Shown here: piece by piece, positions 29,170 to 39,516 of the stretch | Numbering within the stretch: position 1 is the first letter of the stretch | How the letters are laid out: each line of letters opens with the position of its first letter | DNA from: Ruminococcus sp. | GTDB lineage: Bacteria; Bacillota; Clostridia; Oscillospirales; Acutalibacteraceae | Assembly: GCA_022779485.1 (NCBI GenBank) | Contig: JALFTC010000013.1 | Span: 34,240-98,239 of the forward strand | Direction: 5' to 3' | Length of the DNA stretch: 64,000 nt | Program-made: the position numbers and the translations under genes | The notes under the pieces: model-generated | Databases searched by the model: none | What the model was told of the DNA's origin: nothing | The model's input: the letters and a program-made list of their open reading frames with translations, nothing else

Positions 29170-29480
29170 TTACAGTCAGCCTCCATCAGAGGAGGGAGGG
29201 GGACCGCTTGCGGTGGAAGGAGGGAAAAATTTTCCTCTTTTGCTCGTTTTGTCTTTAGAGGATAGTATGGTTTATTGTTCTGACTCATACTTTTCAATCT
29301 AAAGACAAAGCAAGATATATTGACTACTTTTTCGCTCCCTCAGTCACGCAAGGCGTGACAGCTCCCTCATCCGATTGAGCCTTTGTTTAGTCCTTAATTT
29401 CATCTAACCTATTAGTATCGGTTTAGGCACTACTGTTTTCCTTTCAGATTCATCGGTCACTTCGTTTCCTCGGAATGACA
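29168..29480 (+). repeat. REP/BIME-like mosaic element, copy A
   Basis: AGTTACAGTCAGCCTCC...GGGGACCGCTTGCGGTGGAAGGAGGG...CTCCCTCAGTCACGCAAGGCGTGACAGCTCCCTC...GGTCACTTCGTTTCCTCGGAATGACA; colinear with copies B, C and D. Confidence 0.85.
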
Positions 29481-29527
29481 ATATGGTTATGATACTTTTT
29501 CACGATTCGCTATAACTTTATAACTAC

Positions 29528-29558
29528 AACAACCTCCCTGATTTGGGAGGTTGTTTTA
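29528..29558 (+). terminator. Terminator of the mre operon
   Basis: AACAACCTCCC/GGGAGGTTGTT followed by TTTT. Confidence 0.7.
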
Positions 29559-29757
29559 CTCTGGTTATCCCTTTTGAAATAAATAATTTACACAAATTGT
29601 TTATTGATAAAAATCATACTTCTTGATAGAATGTATAATGTTAATTACATATCTGTTATTGTTCTTATAAGGAATTATTTATGCAAAAAAATAGCATACA
29701 ATGTTATGAGAAGTAGAATATTAAAATGGGATAGTATGAAGATTAAGGAGTCTTAAT

Positions 29758-32661
29758 ATGAGATTAGGATTGGATATAGGTTCAACAACAATTAAATGTG
29801 TTGTTTTGGATGAAAATAATAAGCTGTTATACAGTACATACGAAAGACATTACAGCCAAATCACTACAAAAATCGGAGAAATCCTAAATAAGGTAAGAAA
29901 AGAAATTCCAAATGTGGAAAAATCCCTTGTTGCCCTTTCAGGCTCTGCCGGAATGGGTGTTGCAGAGGACTGCGGTATTTCCTTTGTTCAGGAGGTATAT
30001 GCAACCCGTGTAGCCACAAATACATTTATCCCCGGTACTGATGTTGTCATTGAGCTGGGTGGCGAGGACGCAAAAATCCTCTTCCTTTCCGGCGGTATGG
30101 AGGTACGAATGAACGGAACCTGTGCAGGCGGTACAGGTGCATTTATTGACCAGATGGCAACTCTCCTTAATGTTCCCTTGGAGGAGATGAACGACCTTGC
30201 AAAGGGATACGAAAAGACATATACAATCGCATCAAGGTGCGGTGTTTTTGCAAAGACAGACATTCAGCCACTCCTTAACCAGGGTGCAAGAAAGGCTGAT
30301 ATTGCCCAAAGTATCTTTAGAGCAGTTGTAAACCAGACTGTTGCAGGACTGGCACAGGGCAGAGAAATTGAGGGTAATGTTGTGTACCTTGGCGGTCCTC
30401 TCACATTTATGGAGGAGCTGAGAAAGGCTTTTGACGAGGAGCTTAACACAAAGGGTACCTGTCCCGAAAATTCTCTTTACTATGTTGCCTGCGGTGCAGC
30501 CCTGTGTGCCGACAGCACTATTGACTTTGACAGCGTTATTGACAAGGTGAGCAATTACAGAGGTACCGGCAACTTTGCTTTTAACCCTCCCCTCTTTAAG
30601 AATGAAAAGGAGTATGAGGCATTTAAAAACCGTCACGCAAAGGCTACCGTAAAGGAAGTTCCCCTAAAGGACTATGACGGACTTTGCTACATCGGTATGG
30701 ATGCAGGAAGTACAACAGTTAAGGCTGTTGTTATGGGAGAAAATGGAGAATTACTCCACTCAAAATACCTTTCAAACAGTGGTAACCCTGTTCCCATTAT
30801 CAAGGATTTTTTACAGGAGCTTTACACAATAAAGCCCGATATTAAAATAAAGGCGTCAGCGGTGACAGGCTACGGTGAGGACATCATTAAAAATGCCTTT
30901 TGCGTTGACTACGGTATTGTTGAAACCGTTGCCCACTTCACCGCCGCAAAGAGCTTTATGCCTGATGTAGAATTTGTTATCGACATCGGCGGTCAGGACA
31001 TCAAGTGCTTTAAGGTGCACAACGGCGCTATTGACAATATTTTCCTTAACGAGGCTTGTTCATCAGGTTGCGGTTCATTTTTGCAGACCTTTGCCAATGC
31101 CCTTGGTTACTCAATTCAGGACTTTGCATCCCTTGGCATATTCGGCAAGCACCCTGTTGACCTTGGCTCAAGGTGCACCGTATTTATGAATTCCTCTGTT
31201 AAGCAGGCTCAAAAGGACGGCGCGACAATAGAGGATATTTCCAGCGGGCTGTCACTTTCTGTTGTTAAAAACGCACTTTACAAGGTAATCAGAGCGTCAG
31301 GTCCTGACGAGCTTGGCAAGAAAATTGTTGTACAGGGCGGAACATTCCTGAATGATGCAGTGCTTAGAGCCTTTGAGCAGGAAATGGGTGTAAATGTTGT
31401 TCGCCCCACAATTTCAGGACTTATGGGTGCATACGGTGCGGCTTTGTATGCACAAAGTAAATCACAGAATAGTAGTGAACTTAGCACACTTTTAGGTAGC
31501 GAGAAGCTGGAAAACTTTGTACACAAAATCAGCGTAGTTAACTGCGGACTTTGTAACAATAACTGCCGTCTTACTGTAAACACCTTTGCAGACGGCAGGA
31601 AGTTCATTGCAGGCAACAGGTGCGAAAGACCAATCACTAAAAAAGCACCTGACGAAAGTATGAACATATACGAATACAAGCTAAAGCTTTTGGAGGAATA
31701 TAAGCCTATTGAGGGAAGTCGAGGAAAAATCGGTATTCCTATGGGACTAAATATGTACGAGCTGTTGCCTTTCTGGCACAGGTTCTTCACAGAGCTTGGC
31801 TTTGAGGTTGTAAAGAGTCCATTCTCAACTCGAAAGCTGTATCAAAAGGGTCAGCAGACTATCCCAAGCGACACAGTTTGTTTCCCTGCAAAGCTTATGC
31901 ACGGTCATGTTAAGGCACTTATTGATGAGGGTGTGGATACTATTTTCTACCCTTGCTTGTCATACAATCTTGACGAAAAGCTGGGAGATAACCACTACAA
32001 CTGCCCTGTTGTTGCCTATTATCCCGAGGTAATTTACAACAATATGAAGGAGGTTCACAACATCACCTTCATTAAGGACTACTTTGGTATTCACCGCAAA
32101 AAGGACTTTGCCAAAAAGGCATATGAGGCTTTGTCAAAGTATTTCCCTGATTTAACAGCAAAAGAGGTTAAAAACGCAACAAAACTTGCATATGAGGAAT
32201 ATGACCGTTACTTTGAAAGGGTGAGAGCTCGTGGTGACGAAATAATTGCTCAGGCTGAAAAAGAGGGCAAGGAAATCATTGTGCTTTCAGGCCGTCCATA
32301 CCATATAGACCCTGAAATTAACCACGGTATCAGCAAGATGATAGGCTCCTTTGGTGTTGCAATAATCTCCGAGGACTGCGTTTCCAATAAGGTAGAAAAG
32401 TTCAAGGTTGGAGTGCTTAACCAGTGGACATACCACAGCCGTCTGTATGCCGCCGCTCGGTATGTCAGCACAAGGGATGATATGAACCTTGTTCAGCTTG
32501 TTTCCTTTGGCTGTGGCGTTGACGCTATCACTACCGATGAAGTAAGGGACATTCTTGAAAAGAACGGAAAAATTTACACACAGATAAAGATAGATGAAAT
32601 CACCAACTTGGGTGCAGTAAAGATTCGTATTCGTTCTTTACTTGCAGCCATAGGAAGATAA
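29758..32661 (+). CDS. Double BadF/BadG/BcrA/BcrD-type (2-hydroxyacyl-CoA dehydratase activator) ATPase fused to a DUF2229-like dehydratase domain
   Basis: Two ASKHA modules (GLDIGSTT...CAGGTG...CGVF; GMDAGSTT...CSSGCG...CTVF), then a PSDTVCFPAK, CPVV, SFGCGVD module. Confidence 0.85.
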   Translation: MRLGLDIGSTTIKCVVLDENNKLLYSTYERHYSQITTKIGEILNKVRKEIPNVEKSLVALSGSAGMGVAEDCGISFVQEVYATRVATNTFIPGTDVVIELGGEDAKILFLSGGMEVRMNGTCAGGTGAFIDQMATLLNVPLEEMNDLAKGYEKTYTIASRCGVFAKTDIQPLLNQGARKADIAQSIFRAVVNQTVAGLAQGREIEGNVVYLGGPLTFMEELRKAFDEELNTKGTCPENSLYYVACGAALCADSTIDFDSVIDKVSNYRGTGNFAFNPPLFKNEKEYEAFKNRHAKATVKEVPLKDYDGLCYIGMDAGSTTVKAVVMGENGELLHSKYLSNSGNPVPIIKDFLQELYTIKPDIKIKASAVTGYGEDIIKNAFCVDYGIVETVAHFTAAKSFMPDVEFVIDIGGQDIKCFKVHNGAIDNIFLNEACSSGCGSFLQTFANALGYSIQDFASLGIFGKHPVDLGSRCTVFMNSSVKQAQKDGATIEDISSGLSLSVVKNALYKVIRASGPDELGKKIVVQGGTFLNDAVLRAFEQEMGVNVVRPTISGLMGAYGAALYAQSKSQNSSELSTLLGSEKLENFVHKISVVNCGLCNNNCRLTVNTFADGRKFIAGNRCERPITKKAPDESMNIYEYKLKLLEEYKPIEGSRGKIGIPMGLNMYELLPFWHRFFTELGFEVVKSPFSTRKLYQKGQQTIPSDTVCFPAKLMHGHVKALIDEGVDTIFYPCLSYNLDEKLGDNHYNCPVVAYYPEVIYNNMKEVHNITFIKDYFGIHRKKDFAKKAYEALSKYFPDLTAKEVKNATKLAYEEYDRYFERVRARGDEIIAQAEKEGKEIIVLSGRPYHIDPEINHGISKMIGSFGVAIISEDCVSNKVEKFKVGVLNQWTYHSRLYAAARYVSTRDDMNLVQLVSFGCGVDAITTDEVRDILEKNGKIYTQIKIDEITNLGAVKIRIRSLLAAIGR

Positions 32662-32707
32662 AAGTAATTTGTTTAGATAAAGGATTAATTGTTGGGAGGT
32701 TTTGCTT

Positions 32708-34033
32708 ATGGCAAAGCTTGTATATGATAAAGACGGCCGTCTTATGTACACAAAGGAAATGAATGACGAGGGGTACAAAATTCTTGTGCCTATGATGATG
32801 CCTGTTCATTTTGGTATTCTTATGGATGCCTTTCGTCACGAGGGCTACAATGTTGAACTCCTTGACACAAACGGCCCGGAAATTGCACAGACAGGACTAA
32901 AGTATGTACATAACGACACCTGTTACCCCGCACTGCTTGTTATCGGTCAGCTTATAAACGCCCTTGAAAGCGGAAAGTACGACCTTAACAAAACAGCCCT
33001 TATGATTACACAGACAGGTGGCGGTTGCCGTGCCTCAAACTACATTCACCTTTTGAGAAAGGGGCTTAAAAAGGCAGGGCTGGAGCAAATTCCTGTTATT
33101 TCCCTGAATCTTTCGGGACTTGAAAAGAATCCCGGTTTTAAGATAACTCTACCCCTAATACGCAGGGTTATTGCAGGTCTTGTTTACGGCGATGTGCTGA
33201 TGACAGTGCGTAACCAGACAAAGCCCTACGAGGTGAACAAGGGCGAAAGTGACGCACTTGTGGAGAAGTGGCAGGATAAGCTTTCTAAGGACTTTAATGA
33301 GGGCAAAAGCTACCGTTTTAAGGAGATGGAAAGCATCCTTGACAGCATTTGCGGTGACTTTGCGAAGATTGAAAAAACAGGAGAGAAAAAGGTCAGAGTT
33401 GGCGTTGTGGGGGAAATTTATGTTAAATATGCCCGACTTGGCAACAACGACTTGGAGCAGTTCCTTTACGACCAGGGCTGTGAGGTATGTTTGCCCGGTG
33501 TTATGGGCTTTGCCGCCTTTAAAATTGACAACCGAATTGAGGACATCAAGCTTTACGGCGGAAGTCGTGCAAAGAAAAAGGTTTGCGAAATTATGCTTGA
33601 ATATGTTTCAAAGACAGAGGATATGATGATAGCCGCAACAACAAAGCACGGTTTTCAGCCACCTTCAAAGTATGCCCACACCAAGAGCCTTGTTGACGGT
33701 GTAATAGGCTTTGGCTCAAAGATGGGCGAGGGTTGGCTACTCACTGCAGAAATGCTTGAGCTTGCTGAAACAGGCTTTGAAAATATTGTCTGCACTCAAC
33801 CCTTTGGCTGTCTGCCAAACCACATCAATGGCAAGGGTATGATTAGAAGAATTAAAGAAATCAACCCAAAGGCAAATATTGTAGCCATTGACTACGACCC
33901 CGGCGCACCCAGGGTTAATCAGGAAAACAGAATCAAGCTGATGCTTGCCGTAGCCAAGGAAGAGCTTGACAAGCGTATTGTTGTGAAGAAAAAGGGTAGC
34001 AAGAAAGACAATAAAGAAAAGGCAACAGTTTAA
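32708..34033 (+). CDS. 2-hydroxyacyl-CoA dehydratase-like subunit, partner of the upstream gene
   Basis: VHNDTCYPAL, QTGGGCRASNY, GEGW, QPFGCLPNHI, IDYDPG. Confidence 0.82.
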   Translation: MAKLVYDKDGRLMYTKEMNDEGYKILVPMMMPVHFGILMDAFRHEGYNVELLDTNGPEIAQTGLKYVHNDTCYPALLVIGQLINALESGKYDLNKTALMITQTGGGCRASNYIHLLRKGLKKAGLEQIPVISLNLSGLEKNPGFKITLPLIRRVIAGLVYGDVLMTVRNQTKPYEVNKGESDALVEKWQDKLSKDFNEGKSYRFKEMESILDSICGDFAKIEKTGEKKVRVGVVGEIYVKYARLGNNDLEQFLYDQGCEVCLPGVMGFAAFKIDNRIEDIKLYGGSRAKKKVCEIMLEYVSKTEDMMIAATTKHGFQPPSKYAHTKSLVDGVIGFGSKMGEGWLLTAEMLELAETGFENIVCTQPFGCLPNHINGKGMIRRIKEINPKANIVAIDYDPGAPRVNQENRIKLMLAVAKEELDKRIVVKKKGSKKDNKEKATV

Positions 34034-34051
34034 CTGATGTGCTATGATATT

Positions 34052-34090
34052 AAAATACCCCAAAGCGTTTCTGCTTTGGGGATTTCTTTT
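34052..34090. terminator. Bidirectional terminator
   Basis: CCCCAAAGC/GCTTTGGGG between convergent genes. Confidence 0.7.
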
Positions 34091-34112
34091 TGGAAAATAT
34101 TATTATTTAATT

Positions 34113-34562
34113 TTAGTCCTTTTCCTTAAAGGCGAAGAACCTTTGACCTATGTAGTTGAATGCTACAAACAGGCACATACCTACAAGCATTGCAATGTTT
34201 GTCTGTATAGTTTCGCTTTGTCCCGACAAAATCCACAGAGCCACAGGCTTTGCAATTCCGTAAGCAAGTAGGTAGCAAACAGCAATGTTCAGGGAAAATT
34301 TCAGAATAGGCTTAATGCCCTTTTCTTTATTTTTAAATGTAAAATGCTTGTTTAAAATATAGCTTACAATACTTCCTATTATGTATCCAAGGGCAGATGA
34401 AGTCCAATATCCTCCGCTTGCAATAACCCCGTCAAGGTCTTTTATTGGGGTGAAGTTGTAGAACAGGAACATCAGTCCGTTGCCTACAATGGTGTTGAGG
34501 ATACCAACCAAAATAAATTTCCAAAATTTTATGTCAAAAAACTGTTTAAGAAAATCCTTCAT
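34113..34562 (-). CDS. gtrA: GtrA family Und-P-sugar flippase
   Basis: KFILVGILNT, SYILNKHFTF, FNYIGQRFFAF; 4 TM helices. Confidence 0.88.
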   Translation of the reverse strand: MKDFLKQFFDIKFWKFILVGILNTIVGNGLMFLFYNFTPIKDLDGVIASGGYWTSSALGYIIGSIVSYILNKHFTFKNKEKGIKPILKFSLNIAVCYLLAYGIAKPVALWILSGQSETIQTNIAMLVGMCLFVAFNYIGQRFFAFKEKD

Positions 34563-35509
34563 TACTTTTTCTCGTCCTCAGTGAAATTGGTGTGGTGAAT
34601 AATGTAGATAGGTCTGTCCTTTGTTTCCATAAATACTCTGCCTAAGTATTCACCTACAATGCCGATGGAAAATTCAATAATACCGCCCATAAACAGGAGA
34701 ATCATAAGTGTTGTGGCGTAACCGGGAACATCAATACCGAATATGATTGTCTGTACAAGGGTGATAAGAATGTAGATAAGGGCAATAAAGAAGATTACAA
34801 TTCCCATACAGCTGATAAATCTTAAGGGTGCAACGGAAAAGCTGGTTATGCCGTCAAGGGCATATTTAAACAGCTTCCAAAAGTTCCAGGTGGTTGTGCC
34901 AAGCTCCCTGTCAACTGTTTGGAAAGGTAGCCACTTGGTGTTAAAGCCAACCCAGCTGAAAAGCCCCTTGCTGAATCTTTGTACCTCGGAAAGTTCCAAA
35001 ATAGAGTCAACCATCTGCCGTGTCATAATGCGGTAGTCAACTGCACCGTATGGCATTTTTGTTTCGGACATAGCGTTTTGCAGACGGAAGAATAGCTTTG
35101 AGAAGGTTTCTCGGAACTTGCTTTCGCCCTCTCTGGCTGTTCGCTGTAAGGCACAGCAGTCGTATCCGTTTTCCGTAACCTCTTTAATCATCTGTGGGAA
35201 CATATGTGGGGGATGCTGCAAATCGGCGTCCATAACAATAACATAGTCGCCTGTGGTGTGCTGAAAGCCTGCATACATAGCCGCCTCTTTGCCAAAATTC
35301 CTTGAAAAAGAGATGTACTTAATGTTGCTGTACTTTTCGGCAAGCTGTTTCATAACAAGATATGTTTTGTCACGACTTCCGTCATTGACAAGAATGTATC
35401 TGAATTTGTGCTGTGGAATAGTGTCTATAACAGAATTGGTAACCTCCACAAAGTGGGCAAGTCCCTCTTCTTCGTTATAACAGGGTACCACAATGTCTAT
35501 TGTACTCAT
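34562..35509 (-). CDS. gtrB: GtrB/CsbB-like GT2 bactoprenol glycosyltransferase
   Basis: IVVPCYNEE, VNDGSRD, SRNFGKEAA, MDADLQHPP, two C-terminal TM helices. Confidence 0.88.
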   Translation of the reverse strand: MSTIDIVVPCYNEEEGLAHFVEVTNSVIDTIPQHKFRYILVNDGSRDKTYLVMKQLAEKYSNIKYISFSRNFGKEAAMYAGFQHTTGDYVIVMDADLQHPPHMFPQMIKEVTENGYDCCALQRTAREGESKFRETFSKLFFRLQNAMSETKMPYGAVDYRIMTRQMVDSILELSEVQRFSKGLFSWVGFNTKWLPFQTVDRELGTTTWNFWKLFKYALDGITSFSVAPLRFISCMGIVIFFIALIYILITLVQTIIFGIDVPGYATTLMILLFMGGIIEFSIGIVGEYLGRVFMETKDRPIYIIHHTNFTEDEKK

Positions 35510-35708
35510 AACAAATCTCCTGTTTTATAAAATCCTAATAGATTTATTATAACAAATGGAAAATAAAATGTCTATAAAATTATCTGTTTACAAAAAATTT
35601 ATAAAATTGGGTTTACGATACAACAATAAAATGTTAAAATAAGAAATAGTACTTTAGGAAATACGAATAGATTAATCATTATTTCCTTAAATTAACGGAG
35701 GACGCATT

Positions 35709-38700
35709 ATGTCTAAAAAAACAAAACAGCTGATTGATACATCCCAAATGTACAGTCAGGCAAAGAAAGGACTTGGCAGATTTTTCTCAAACAATGCTTT
35801 TGTGATTCTCGCCTTTTGTATTCCTTTTCTTGTAATGCTCATTAATTTTGCAATCAAAAAATTTGCACCATTTGGCGACCAGCAGATACTTGTTGTTGAC
35901 CTTTGGCATCAGTATTATCCTTTCCTAGTGGATTTTCAGGACAAGCTGATTTCAGGTCAGAGTATGCTTCATTCCTGGACAAACGGAATGGGCGGAAACT
36001 ACCTTTCCCTTATGTCCTACTATGTAGCAAGTCCCATAAACTTCCTGACAGCATTTGTACCTGCCGACTTTTTAAGGGAGTTCCTTATGCTCTCTGTCTG
36101 CGTTGAGGTAGGCTGTGCATCAGGCTTTATGGCTATATTCCTTAAAAAGACCTTCCACCGCAACGGACTGCCTTTGGTGTTCTTCTCCGCAGGCTACGGT
36201 TTTTGTGCTTTCTTTATGGGATATTACTGGAATGTAATTTGGCTCAACACAGTTGCAATGCTCCCACTTGTTGCACTTGGTATGATACTGATGTGGAGGG
36301 AAAACAAGTTTTGCCTTTACACCATATCCCTTGCACTTTCTGTAATTGCAAACTATTATGTTGGACTTTTCGCCTGTATTTTCGTTTTCCTTTCCTTTAT
36401 CGGTTACAGTATTACATATTGGAACGGAATCAAGGAATTTTTCGGCAGACTTCTAAGAACTGCATTGTTCTCGGGAATAGGAATAATGATAACAGCCTTC
36501 TTGACACTTCCTGCCTATAACGGTCTTAGCCTTACATACAGCGCCAACAACAGTATGCCTGATGTTTGGAGAACATATTATGCTTGGTCGGAGATTATGT
36601 CCCAGACTCTGGACTTTATCCCACCGTCAACAACGGAAAATCTGCCTAACATAGCTTGCGGTATGGCGGCTGTGTTCTTTGGCATAATGTTCCTGACAAC
36701 AAGAAAGATAAACTGGAGGGCAAAGGCAGTTTCTGTTTCTTTCCTTGTGTTCCTTGTTGCCAGCTTTAATGTAAATGTTCTTGACTACATTTGGCACGGT
36801 ATGCACGCAACTAATATGATTCCTCACAGATTTGCATACCTCTTTAGCTTTGTTCTCCTTGTAATGGCTTACAGGGCATACACCCTTATTGACAAGGCTA
36901 AAATATGGAATGTTCTCATAGCCTTCTTCGGAGCTACAATGATTGTCCTCATCTCTTGGCTTGTACAGGCAGGAGCGCCACTTTGGGGTTCATTCCTACT
37001 TATCTGCATCTTGGCTGTGGCAACAGGACTTTATGTTTTCAAGATTTACCCAAAGGTTGTTCTTGACATTATTGTGTTCTCGCTTGTTATGGTGGAAATT
37101 TTCATTGCCGGTTACAGCGGTATTAAGGCTGTTGGTTCAACAGGCACAGCGAATTACCCTGAAGGTGAGGCTGTAACTGCTGATGTAATCAACGCAATGA
37201 ACAATCTTGAAACAAACACCACCGATATGTGGCGTGCAGAGATGACCAAAACTCAAACTCTCAACGACGCAAGTCTTAACGACTACAACGGTATTTCACA
37301 GTTCTCCTCAATGAGCAATGTTTCCGTTACAAAGTTCCTTGAAGAATTTGGATGTCAGGGCTGGCAAAGCGGTAACAGATATACATATAGGGAGAGTACA
37401 CCTGTTACAAACCTGTTCCTGAATGTTAAGTACCTTATCTCCCGTGACGGTGTATATTCTGCAACAGATTATGTTTCACCTGTTTACACAAACGGAAATG
37501 AGGCACTGCTGAAAAACAACTATTACCTGCCAATGGGATTTGTGACAGAAAAGACAGCCACAGAATATACCCTTGAGGAGAGGGATCCTGACGACTTCAG
37601 CAACCTGAACACCTTTGATAAGCAAAATGAATTATTCTCAAAGGCAACAGGCATAAATGAAGATGTATTTACAATAGTTGAGCCTTCAACTGTGGACTTT
37701 AACAGTACAGTTAACCCAATTTCACAAAACAGAACATTTGCAGACAGCAACAAGGGTTATGATTACAGCATAAACCTAAACGGTACATCACAGCCAACAA
37801 ATATTGACTTTAAGTACGATATTGAGGAAAGCGGTAACTACTATGTTTACTGTTTGTACTACGGAACTGCCCTTGAAACAAAGGCTGTAAACATCAAGAA
37901 GGACGGAGTATCTGTTAAGAGTGACTCCGATATTGGCAGACCATACATTTTGAATGCAGGTAACTTTGAAAAAGGTCAACAGCTTTCTGTATCCCTTGAA
38001 AATCTGCCAACAGGCTCAACCGCAAACTTTATCACCTATGTTGCAAAGCTGAATGATGATGTATTCAAAGCCGGTTACAACCGTCTTGCAGAAAATACCT
38101 TAAAGGCAACAAAGGTTACCGACACTCAAATTAACGGTCAAATTGACTGTAACCGTGACGGACTTTTCTACACTTCCGTTGTATATGAGGACGGATGGAC
38201 TGTTAAGGTTGACGGAGAAAAGGTAGATACCAAAAAGGTTGGCGGTGCTTTACTTGCCTTTGACATAACAAAGGGTAAGCACACCATAGAGATGTCCTAC
38301 CTGCCGTCGGGATATTTGGTAGGTACACTTGCAAGTATTTTGGGCATTATTATGCTCATTGGCTGTGCATTCCTGTACAGAAAGTATTTGAGCAAGACAA
38401 TCCTCTTTAAGTACAAAACCCACCCTGACGCAAACCCTGACAGAGTGGAGGAGGAAGATGAGGAAACAGACTTTTTTGAAACAGAGGAAAAGGAGTCTGC
38501 GGAAAAATATGTAAAGAGAGAAACACCTGTGGCTGTAAGAGTAGTTATGTCAGTGCTGTTCTCCTTTGCATACTTCCTTGTTTGGTTTGCAGGTATTATT
38601 AAGAAGATTAAAATCCTTGCAGAGGAAAAGCCTGAATATGTGACAGATGTTCTGTTATCTTTATTAGTGCCTTTCTACTTTGTTTATGCAATTAATAAGT

Positions 38701-39077
38701 ACGGAAAAAAGAAAGCGAAAATTGCCGATACTCAGGACTTAAAGGTTACAAGCGCCTTTAACCATATGGCTCTTGAGCTTGGTTCAAGCTGTGCATTTGT
38801 TGTTTCCCTTGTCACTGTGCTGACAAGCATAATCAAAAATTACACCCTTTACATAGAACAGGTTCAGCAAAACGAAAACAGCATTGCTTCCGGCGGTCAG
38901 CCTGTTCCTGTAACAGCAAGTCTGTGGCCAACAGGAATATCCTTTATAATAATGTTGTTCTGCCTGTGTACCGGTGTGATTTTAAGAATTGCAAACCTTT
39001 ACCTCTTTGACCGTGACATTTTGGAAATTGCGGAAAGTAAGAAATTTGCAGGTTTAAAGAAGATTAAAAAGAGATAA
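35709..39077 (+). CDS. YfhO family GT-C membrane glycosyltransferase with an extra C-terminal membrane module
   Basis: VDLWHQYYPF, NYLSLMSYYVASP, IPHRFAYLF, YEDGWTVKVDG, GKHTIEMSYLP, then ~220 extra aa. Confidence 0.85.
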   Translation: MSKKTKQLIDTSQMYSQAKKGLGRFFSNNAFVILAFCIPFLVMLINFAIKKFAPFGDQQILVVDLWHQYYPFLVDFQDKLISGQSMLHSWTNGMGGNYLSLMSYYVASPINFLTAFVPADFLREFLMLSVCVEVGCASGFMAIFLKKTFHRNGLPLVFFSAGYGFCAFFMGYYWNVIWLNTVAMLPLVALGMILMWRENKFCLYTISLALSVIANYYVGLFACIFVFLSFIGYSITYWNGIKEFFGRLLRTALFSGIGIMITAFLTLPAYNGLSLTYSANNSMPDVWRTYYAWSEIMSQTLDFIPPSTTENLPNIACGMAAVFFGIMFLTTRKINWRAKAVSVSFLVFLVASFNVNVLDYIWHGMHATNMIPHRFAYLFSFVLLVMAYRAYTLIDKAKIWNVLIAFFGATMIVLISWLVQAGAPLWGSFLLICILAVATGLYVFKIYPKVVLDIIVFSLVMVEIFIAGYSGIKAVGSTGTANYPEGEAVTADVINAMNNLETNTTDMWRAEMTKTQTLNDASLNDYNGISQFSSMSNVSVTKFLEEFGCQGWQSGNRYTYRESTPVTNLFLNVKYLISRDGVYSATDYVSPVYTNGNEALLKNNYYLPMGFVTEKTATEYTLEERDPDDFSNLNTFDKQNELFSKATGINEDVFTIVEPSTVDFNSTVNPISQNRTFADSNKGYDYSINLNGTSQPTNIDFKYDIEESGNYYVYCLYYGTALETKAVNIKKDGVSVKSDSDIGRPYILNAGNFEKGQQLSVSLENLPTGSTANFITYVAKLNDDVFKAGYNRLAENTLKATKVTDTQINGQIDCNRDGLFYTSVVYEDGWTVKVDGEKVDTKKVGGALLAFDITKGKHTIEMSYLPSGYLVGTLASILGIIMLIGCAFLYRKYLSKTILFKYKTHPDANPDRVEEEDEETDFFETEEKESAEKYVKRETPVAVRVVMSVLFSFAYFLVWFAGIIKKIKILAEEKPEYVTDVLLSLLVPFYFVYAINKYGKKKAKIADTQDLKVTSAFNHMALELGSSCAFVVSLVTVLTSIIKNYTLYIEQVQQNENSIASGGQPVPVTASLWPTGISFIIMLFCLCTGVILRIANLYLFDRDILEIAESKKFAGLKKIKKR

Positions 39078-39093
39078 TAAAGTGCATAAGTAA

Positions 39094-39116
39094 TGGGCAG
39101 TCAAAAGGACTGCCCA
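39094..39116 (+). terminator. Hairpin after the yfhO-like gene
   Basis: GGGCAGTC-aaaag-GACTGCCC. Confidence 0.55.
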
Positions 39117-39147
39117 CTGCTATTTTTGTGAGGTTTTTTGCACTTTT

Positions 39148-39498
39148 AGTTACTGACAGCCTCCACCAGAGTTGGGGGGGAATCACTTGCCCTACATCCA
39201 GCCTCCCTCAGACGAGGGAGGGGGACCGCTTGCGGTGGAAGGAGGGAAAAATTTTCCTCTTTTGCTCATTTTGTCTTTAGAGGATAGTGTGGTTATGTGT
39301 TCTTATTCATACTTTGGCATCTAAAGACATACCAAGATACATTGACTACTTTTTCGCTCCCTCAGTCACGCAAGGCGTGACAGCTCCCTCATCCGAGGGA
39401 GCCTTTGTTAAGTTCATAATTTCATATAACCTTTTAGTGCCGAATTAGGCACTACTGCTATCCTTTCAGATTCTTCGGTCACTTCGTTTCCTCGGAAT
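39148..39498 (+). repeat. REP/BIME-like mosaic element, copy B (left end duplicated)
   Basis: Colinear with copy A; two AGCCTCC starts. Confidence 0.85.
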
Positions 39499-39516
39499 CC
39501 CATTTTGTTAGAGAAA

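Noticed and set aside
32661-32708. Possible frameshift splitting a fused activator-dehydratase gene
   Set aside because: Clean TAA, a 46-bp spacer and a GGGAGG RBS indicate two genuine genes.
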